Shown: piece after piece, positions 57,834 through 64,000 of the stretch
How the letters are laid out: the number at the start of each line of letters is the position of its first letter
Position numbering within the stretch: the stretch's first letter is position 1
Source of the DNA: Patescibacteria group bacterium
Lineage (GTDB): Bacteria > Patescibacteriota > Patescibacteriia > Magasanikbacterales > UBA922
Assembly: GCA_041658785.1 (NCBI GenBank)
Contig: JBAZZL010000003.1
Coordinates: 639 to 64,638 of the forward strand
Reading direction: 5' to 3'
DNA length: 64,000 nucleotides
Program-made: the position numbers and the translations under genes
The notes under the pieces: model-generated
Seen by the model: only the letters and a program-made list of their open reading frames with translations
Told to the model about the DNA's origin: nothing
Database searches by the model: none

Positions 57834-59681
57834 ATGAAAAATTTAGCCAAAAATATCCTGTTCATATTCTTGTTGTTATTTTTGATAGCCACTTTGTTTA
57901 GTTATGGAGAAATTGGCAAAGAGAAGCCTGATGAAGCAGGAATTAGCAAGTTGGTGGATCAGATTAATAAAGAGGAAGTGAAAAGCATTGATGTAAAAGG
58001 CGATATGCTGGAAGTAACATTGAAAGATGAGGCGGCAAAGATGCAGACAGTGAAGAAAGAGCCGGGGCAGTCGTTTTCTGAACTCATGGATAATTACGGA
58101 GTAGATTCGGAAAAATTGAGAGTGGTTGAAGTCGCGGTAAAAGAAGAAACAGGAACAAAGTTTTGGCTTAAGGTTTTGGCGCCGTATCTGCTTCCTTTGT
58201 TTTTGATTCTGGGACTGATATTTTTTATGTCCCGGCAAGTGCAGGGAATCAATAAGGGCGCGATGGGATTTGGCCAAAGCAAGGCCAGGCAGGCCAAAAC
58301 CGAAGACAAGGATAAAAAGACGTTTAAAGATGTGGCCGGAGCGCGAGAGGCAAAAGAGGAGTTGGCGGAGATTGTTGATTTTCTCAAAAATCCAAAACGA
58401 TTTACCGACATGGGCGCTAAAATTCCCAAAGGCGTGCTTTTGATGGGCGCGCCGGGCACTGGAAAGACGTTGGTAGCCAAGGCGGTCGCTGGAGAGGCGG
58501 GAGTCCCTTTCTTCCATATTAGCGGTTCTGAATTTGTGGAAATGTTTGTCGGGGTGGGCGCTTCTAGAGTGAGAGATTTATTCAACCAAGCGAAGAAAGC
58601 GGCGCCGGCGATTGTATTTATTGATGAAATTGACGCTGTCGGCCGAAAGCGGGGATCTGGTTTGGGCGGTTCTCATGATGAACGTGAACAGACGTTGAAC
58701 CAAATTTTGGTAGAGATGGATGGTTTTGATCCGCATCTTGGAGTGATTGTGATTGCGGCGACCAATCGTCCGGATGTTTTGGATGTAGCTTTACTGCGTC
58801 CCGGCCGTTTTGATCGCCAGGTAGTGATTGATCTTCCTGACATCAAAGAACGGGAAGAAATTCTTGAAGTGCATGCCGCTGGCAAGCCATTATCCAAAAA
58901 AAATTCATTGCGAAAACTGGCGGAACGCACGCCCGGATTTTCCGGAGCTGATCTGGAAAATCTTTTGAACGAAGCGGCCATACTTGCTGTCCGTCGCGGC
59001 AAAAAGCAGGTTGATGAAGAAGACGTTTTGGAAAGCATTGAAAAAGTTTTGCTTGGTCCGGCCAAGAAGTTTAGGGTGATGACGGAAAAAGAGCGGGAGA
59101 TGACCGCGTACCACGAGGCAGGGCACGCGATTGTCGGACATTTTTTGGAGAATTGCGATCCGGTTAGAAAAATTTCAATCATTGGGCGGGGGCGCGCCGG
59201 CGGATATACATTGGCTATGCCGGAGAAAGATGTCCGTTATCAAACTTTGGCGCAATTCAGAGATAATATGGCAATGATGCTGGGCGGATATGTTGCCGAG
59301 CTTTTGATTTATGGCGAAGATCAGCTGTCAACCGGACCTTCAAACGATTTGAAAAAAGCCACCCAGCAGGCCAAGTCAATGGTGATGCGTTATGGCATGA
59401 GTGAAAAACTCGGGCCGCGCACTTATAGCGAGAATGAGGAACTTATTTTTCTTGCTCAAGAGATTCACGAAAAGAAAAATTATAGCGAAAAAACCGCGGA
59501 GCTGATTGACGCGGAGATTGATAGATTTTTGGAAGAAGCAAAAATATGCGCGACTAGAGTGATGAAAGAGCATCGCAAAGAAATGGATGAGCTTGTCAAG
59601 GTTTTGTTGGAAAAAGAAACGGTGGAACAAGAAGAGTTTAGGGCTATTGTTGGTGATTGGAAACTGGAAACTGGAAACTAG
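57834..59681 (+). CDS. ftsH: ATP-dependent zinc metalloprotease FtsH
   Basis: [19 protein letters not shown]. Confidence 0.97.
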   Translation: MKNLAKNILFIFLLLFLIATLFSYGEIGKEKPDEAGISKLVDQINKEEVKSIDVKGDMLEVTLKDEAAKMQTVKKEPGQSFSELMDNYGVDSEKLRVVEVAVKEETGTKFWLKVLAPYLLPLFLILGLIFFMSRQVQGINKGAMGFGQSKARQAKTEDKDKKTFKDVAGAREAKEELAEIVDFLKNPKRFTDMGAKIPKGVLLMGAPGTGKTLVAKAVAGEAGVPFFHISGSEFVEMFVGVGASRVRDLFNQAKKAAPAIVFIDEIDAVGRKRGSGLGGSHDEREQTLNQILVEMDGFDPHLGVIVIAATNRPDVLDVALLRPGRFDRQVVIDLPDIKEREEILEVHAAGKPLSKKNSLRKLAERTPGFSGADLENLLNEAAILAVRRGKKQVDEEDVLESIEKVLLGPAKKFRVMTEKEREMTAYHEAGHAIVGHFLENCDPVRKISIIGRGRAGGYTLAMPEKDVRYQTLAQFRDNMAMMLGGYVAELLIYGEDQLSTGPSNDLKKATQQAKSMVMRYGMSEKLGPRTYSENEELIFLAQEIHEKKNYSEKTAELIDAEIDRFLEEAKICATRVMKEHRKEMDELVKVLLEKETVEQEEFRAIVGDWKLETGN

Positions 59682-60030
59682 AAACTGGAAATTGGAAACT
59701 GGAAACTGGAAATTGGAAACTGGAAATTGGAAACTGGAAATTGGAAACTGGAAATTGGAAATTGGAAACTGGAAATTGGAAATTGGAAACTGGAAATTGG
59801 AAACTGGAAACTGGAAATTGGAAATTGGAAACTAGAAACTGGAAACTGGAAATTGGAAACTGGAAAATGGAAATTGGAAACTGGAAATTGGAAATTGGAA
59901 ACTGGAAATTGGAAACTGGAAACTGGAAATTGGAAATTGGAAACTAGAAACTGGAAACTGGAAATTGGAAACTGGAAATTGGAAACTGGAAATTGGAAAC
60001 TGGAAATTGGAAACTGGAAATTGGAAATTG
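59657..60030 (+). repeat. About 53-unit TGGAAA(C/T) heptamer array; inverted AATTTC(C/T) units follow at 60053-60094
   Basis: Direct reading; unit count estimated from length. Confidence 0.95.
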
Positions 60031-60072
60031 CGAAATTTGGATACCAACGCCCCAATTTCCAATTTCTAATTT

Positions 60073-62922
60073 CTAATTTCTATTTTCCAATTTCATTTTC
60101 AAATACTGCCCGGTATAGCTTTCCTTCACTCTAGCAATTTCTCTCGGCGTTCCTTCCGCCACAATTTCGCCGCCGCGTTTGCCGCCTTCCGGTCCCAGAT
60201 CAATTATCCAATCGGCCGACTTTATCACATCCAAATTGTGTTCAACGACCAGTATGGTGTTGCCTTTGTCCACCAGTTTGTGAAGAACGGCAAGCAGGCG
60301 CTTGATATCGTCAAAGTGCAAGCCGGTGGTGGGTTCGTCAAGAATATAAAGCGTCTTTCCGGTTGCTCGCCGCGACAGCTCTGTCGCCAGTTTGATTCTT
60401 TGGGCTTCGCCGCCGGAAAGAGTGGTGGCGGGCTGGCCTAGTTTTACATAACCAAGCCCGACATCGCGCAAAATATTCAATTTGTCCGCGATGCACGGCG
60501 CGCCGCGGAAAAATTCATAAGCTTCTTCCACCGCCATCTCAAGCACATTGGCGATATTTTTTTGGCGATAATGGACTTCAAGGGCTTCTTTGGTATAGCG
60601 CTTGCCATTGCATTCACTGCATTCAACATAAACATCAGTCAGAAATTGCATGGGAATGCGGATATACCCATCGCCGGCGCAAGCTTCGCACCTGCCGCCT
60701 CCTTTGACATTAAAACTAAACATTCCAGGGGTCAGCCCTCTCATTTTTGCTTCGGGAACATTGGCAAATAAATCACGAATCGCCGTAAATACGCCAGTGT
60801 ATGTCGCTGGGTTGCTTCTTGGCGTCCGGCCAATCGGTTTTTGGTCAATCGTAATAACTTTGTCAACATTATTTACCCCTTTGATTTTTTTATAATCACC
60901 CGGTTCTGCTTTTGCCCGGTAAAATTTTTTATGCAATGCTTTGGAAAGGATATGCGTTACCAAACTGGATTTGCCGGAGCCTGATACCCCGGCGACGCAA
61001 ATGAATTTGGCGAGAGGAAATCTGACATCAATGTTTTTGAGATTAAATGCCGCGGCGCCGAGGATTTCAATTGATTTGCCGTTTCCTTTGCGTGTTTTTT
61101 GCGGCGGACGAATTTTTTCTTTGCCGATAAGGTATCTTCCGGTCAATGATTTTTTGTCTTTTTTAATAATTGACGGAGGTCCAACTGATACAATTTCTCC
61201 TCCGCGCGCGCCCGCTCCCGGGCCCATATCAATGACAAAATCAGCCGCTTCAATCATGGCGGCGTCATGCTCCACCACAATTACAGTATTGCCCAGCGCG
61301 CAAAGAGTTTTCAACGTGCCAATTAACTTGTCGTTATCTTTTGGGTGCAGGCCGATAGATGGTTCATCAAGAATGTAGATTACGTCGGAGAGACCGGTAG
61401 AAAGCTGGGTAGAGAGCCGGATTCTTTGCGCTTCTCCTCCGGCAAGCGTTGTTACCGAGCGATCAAGCGTCAAATAATAAAGTCCGACCTGAAGCAGATT
61501 GCCCAGGCGGTGCAGTATTTCTTTGGCAATCGGCGCGGTAACAGATATTTCTTGTTTGGTCAGATTATTTTTCGCTTCAGAAACAACATTTTTTTTGTCA
61601 GCCAGTTTTTTGAATATATCGCTTGATTCTTCAATTGTCATTTCCACGATATCAGCGATGGAATATTCGCCAAGCTTGACAGCAAGCGATTCCGCTTTCA
61701 GCCGTTTGCCCAAACACACGGAACAATGTTTTTCCCGCATATAATTTTCAATTTCTTTTCTGATGTATTCAGAATCAGTCTCCGCGTGCCGTTGTGTCAG
61801 ATTGGGGACAATTCCTTCAAATTGGATTTTTTTGTCGTTTGCATAATACATCTGGCCGTCGGTGCCGTAAAAAAGTATCTCCATTACGGATTGAGGCAAA
61901 TTTTTTACCGGCGCATCAACCGAAAAATTATGCGCTTTGGCCACCGCCTCCAGTAATTTTTGGTAATATGATTGGTTGCCGACTATCCGCGTCCATGGCT
62001 GAATAGCGCCCTCGGCGAGCGTTAATCTGGGGTTGGGGATAACCAGCTCCAAATCAATATTGAGCGTGTAGCCAAGGCCGGTGCAGCGGGGGCAGGCGCC
62101 ATAGGGGCTGTTGAAACTGAAAGTGCGCGGCTCAATTGATTCAAATTTGCGGCCGCACTGCAGGCATACCGGAAAAGTGGAAAAAGATTGCTCCTCGCCG
62201 GTTTCTTCGTTTAGAGTTGTGACAGAGCCGTTTGACAGGTCAATCGCTTTGTCCACCATAGAGGAGAAATTTTGTTTTTTTATGTTTATTACCCGCCCGA
62301 TCAGCAGCTCTACATCATACGGCTGGTCTTTTTCAAATGGATAATTTTTGAGTTTGTTGATGCTGATTACCATTCCATTTACCCGCACCATGTCATATCC
62401 GCTTTGTTCAACACGCGCGAGCAGATCTTTGGCGCAAACTGCTTGCCCCCGGGTTACCGGAGAGAAAATCAAGAGCTCGCCGCTGCCTCTTCCCATGTTT
62501 CGGACAAGTTCAGTTATTTCGCCAGCAGTGTGTTGTTGCGCCGGAATATGGCAATCAGGGCAGCGCTGTCTGCCGATTCTGGAAAAAAGCAAACGCAAGA
62601 GGTCATACACTTCGGTAATAGTGCCTACGGTAGAGCGAGGGTTTTGGGAAGTGATTTTTTGGTCAATGGCGATGGTCGGCGACAGGCCTTTTATTTCGTC
62701 AACATCCGGCTTATCAGCCATATCCATAAACTGCCGGGCATAGGCATTAAGGCTCTCGGCGTACCGCCTCTGCCCTTCGGCATAGATAGTATCAAAAGCC
62801 AAAGAAGACTTTCCTGAACCAGAAAGCCCGGTAATGACAGTTAATTTATTTTTAGGAATTTTGACCGAGACGTTTTTGAGGTTGTGGACGCGCGCGCCCG
62901 CGACTTGAATAAAGTTTCCCAT
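60073..62922 (-). CDS. uvrA: Excinuclease ABC subunit A
   Basis: [14 protein letters not shown], zinc fingers, [12 protein letters not shown]. Confidence 0.97.
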   Translation of the reverse strand: MGNFIQVAGARVHNLKNVSVKIPKNKLTVITGLSGSGKSSLAFDTIYAEGQRRYAESLNAYARQFMDMADKPDVDEIKGLSPTIAIDQKITSQNPRSTVGTITEVYDLLRLLFSRIGRQRCPDCHIPAQQHTAGEITELVRNMGRGSGELLIFSPVTRGQAVCAKDLLARVEQSGYDMVRVNGMVISINKLKNYPFEKDQPYDVELLIGRVINIKKQNFSSMVDKAIDLSNGSVTTLNEETGEEQSFSTFPVCLQCGRKFESIEPRTFSFNSPYGACPRCTGLGYTLNIDLELVIPNPRLTLAEGAIQPWTRIVGNQSYYQKLLEAVAKAHNFSVDAPVKNLPQSVMEILFYGTDGQMYYANDKKIQFEGIVPNLTQRHAETDSEYIRKEIENYMREKHCSVCLGKRLKAESLAVKLGEYSIADIVEMTIEESSDIFKKLADKKNVVSEAKNNLTKQEISVTAPIAKEILHRLGNLLQVGLYYLTLDRSVTTLAGGEAQRIRLSTQLSTGLSDVIYILDEPSIGLHPKDNDKLIGTLKTLCALGNTVIVVEHDAAMIEAADFVIDMGPGAGARGGEIVSVGPPSIIKKDKKSLTGRYLIGKEKIRPPQKTRKGNGKSIEILGAAAFNLKNIDVRFPLAKFICVAGVSGSGKSSLVTHILSKALHKKFYRAKAEPGDYKKIKGVNNVDKVITIDQKPIGRTPRSNPATYTGVFTAIRDLFANVPEAKMRGLTPGMFSFNVKGGGRCEACAGDGYIRIPMQFLTDVYVECSECNGKRYTKEALEVHYRQKNIANVLEMAVEEAYEFFRGAPCIADKLNILRDVGLGYVKLGQPATTLSGGEAQRIKLATELSRRATGKTLYILDEPTTGLHFDDIKRLLAVLHKLVDKGNTILVVEHNLDVIKSADWIIDLGPEGGKRGGEIVAEGTPREIARVKESYTGQYLKMKLENRN

Positions 62923-63009
62923 ATACCCAGAGATTTTTTTGAAGTTTTTAGTATATGGGGTTTGGGCGGGGTTGTCAAGGGGTTGTATTGGGTCAAGACA
63001 CCTTTTTTG

Positions 63010-63999
63010 TTATTCACTGGCAAAAATGTCGATATAACTCTTGTACATATAGGATTGGCCATATTTTTTGCCTTTGTCTTTTTGTGTTAAAATGCCCATA
63101 CGAATAAATCGATCAATCACAGTCTGCGCGCCTGCTCTTGTAAATCCAGTCCACTTCTGAATGACGCTCACTGTTACGATTGGCTGAGCATACAATTTCG
63201 GCAACACCAATGCCGCGCTTTCTGAAGCGCGTTTACCGAGAGTCTGAATTTTAAGAATGTCTTTTTCGCGTAAGACAGTTATCTTGCTGACAGTGTCTAT
63301 TGCTTCGTTCGCGATTTCAATTACGCCCTCAAGAAAAAAATCTATCCAATCGGAGATATTACTATTATGGTAACCCAACAACTTTTCGTAATACAATTTT
63401 TGATGTTTCTTGAAAAAAGATGACAAAAACAATACCGGCTTTTCCAAGTAGCCCTCTTTCCAAAGGTAAAAGGTGATTAACATTCTTCCGGTTCTGCCAT
63501 TGCCATCCAAAAACGGGTGAATAGTTTCAAATTGAGCATGAATTAGTCCGGCTTTTATTACAGTTGGCATTGCGTCGTCGGTATGAATAAACTTTTCCAA
63601 ATCATTAAGCGCGCGATGCATTTCATCAACTGGTGGCGGAACAAAACTCGCGTTATCTGGACGAGTGCCGCCAATCCAATTTTGGCTTTTGCGGAATTCT
63701 CCCGGGTCGGAAAAATGAGTAGCTCGCGCTTTGCGCATTAGTTGCTTGTGTAGTTCACGAATAAATCGCAAAACCATAGGGAAATCATCAGTTTTCATTC
63801 GTTTTATTCCATAGTTGAGCGCTTCGATGTAGTGGAGAATATCATCTACGTCGTCCGGTATTTTGGTATCTATTTTTGCTTCTGCCGCGATGGCGTCTAT
63901 CATGGTCGCTCTTGTGCCTTCAATTTGGCTTGAAGAAGCTGCGTCTTTACGCAAGTACATTAACAGAAAAAAATCAGCATCAGGAAGTAATTTGGTAAT
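63010..63999 (-). CDS. Fic family protein, 5' end outside the window
   Basis: HPFLDGNGRTGR. Confidence 0.92.
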   Translation of the reverse strand: MTKLLPDADFFLLMYLRKDAASSSQIEGTRATMIDAIAAEAKIDTKIPDDVDDILHYIEALNYGIKRMKTDDFPMVLRFIRELHKQLMRKARATHFSDPGEFRKSQNWIGGTRPDNASFVPPPVDEMHRALNDLEKFIHTDDAMPTVIKAGLIHAQFETIHPFLDGNGRTGRMLITFYLWKEGYLEKPVLFLSSFFKKHQKLYYEKLLGYHNSNISDWIDFFLEGVIEIANEAIDTVSKITVLREKDILKIQTLGKRASESAALVLPKLYAQPIVTVSVIQKWTGFTRAGAQTVIDRFIRMGILTQKDKGKKYGQSYMYKSYIDIFASE

Positions 64000-64000
64000 A

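Noticed and set aside
59657-60030. CRISPR array
   Set aside because: No unique spacers, 7-bp unit, no cas genes.
59587-60134. WKLETGN / FQFPIS repeat ORFs
   Set aside because: Translation products of the heptamer array, open in most frames.
1-64000. Alternative genetic code (UGA recoded)
   Set aside because: Conserved genes such as pilB, tig and ychF end at TGA at the expected lengths.

Overview
Bacterial chromosome segment using genetic code 11. Gene content and style suggest a CPR/Patescibacteria genome (inference): a type IV pilus cluster, a DUF5667 protein, core genes with few Shine-Dalgarno sites and dense short palindromic or heptamer repeats. The first 9 kb is an accessory hotspot where minus-strand foreign-looking genes alternate with small self-promoted plus-strand modules (a PIN toxin-antitoxin pair and three paralogous ATKDD-repeat coiled-coil genes). 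The rest is mostly housekeeping: pilBCMNO, ychF, tig, yidD, rnpA, gpmI, ahcY, recA, ftsK, ftsH and uvrA. It also holds HEPN/MNT, a four-helix-bundle gene between inverted heptamer arrays, tRNA-Ser(CGA), a RAYT transposase and a his operon with a candidate His-His leader peptide and operator. The best candidate for a new system sits antisense between hisB and hisH. A tRNA-like gene with alanine identity (G3:U70, A73) but a non-Ala anticodon loop is preceded by a separately promoted and terminated ~78-nt RNA. The two arms of that RNA are perfectly complementary (13 and 15 nt, permuted order) to the two sides of the tRNA anticodon arm, suggesting an RNA-only mistranslating-tRNA / anti-tRNA module. 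All calls come from reading the sequence; no searches or folding programs were run.
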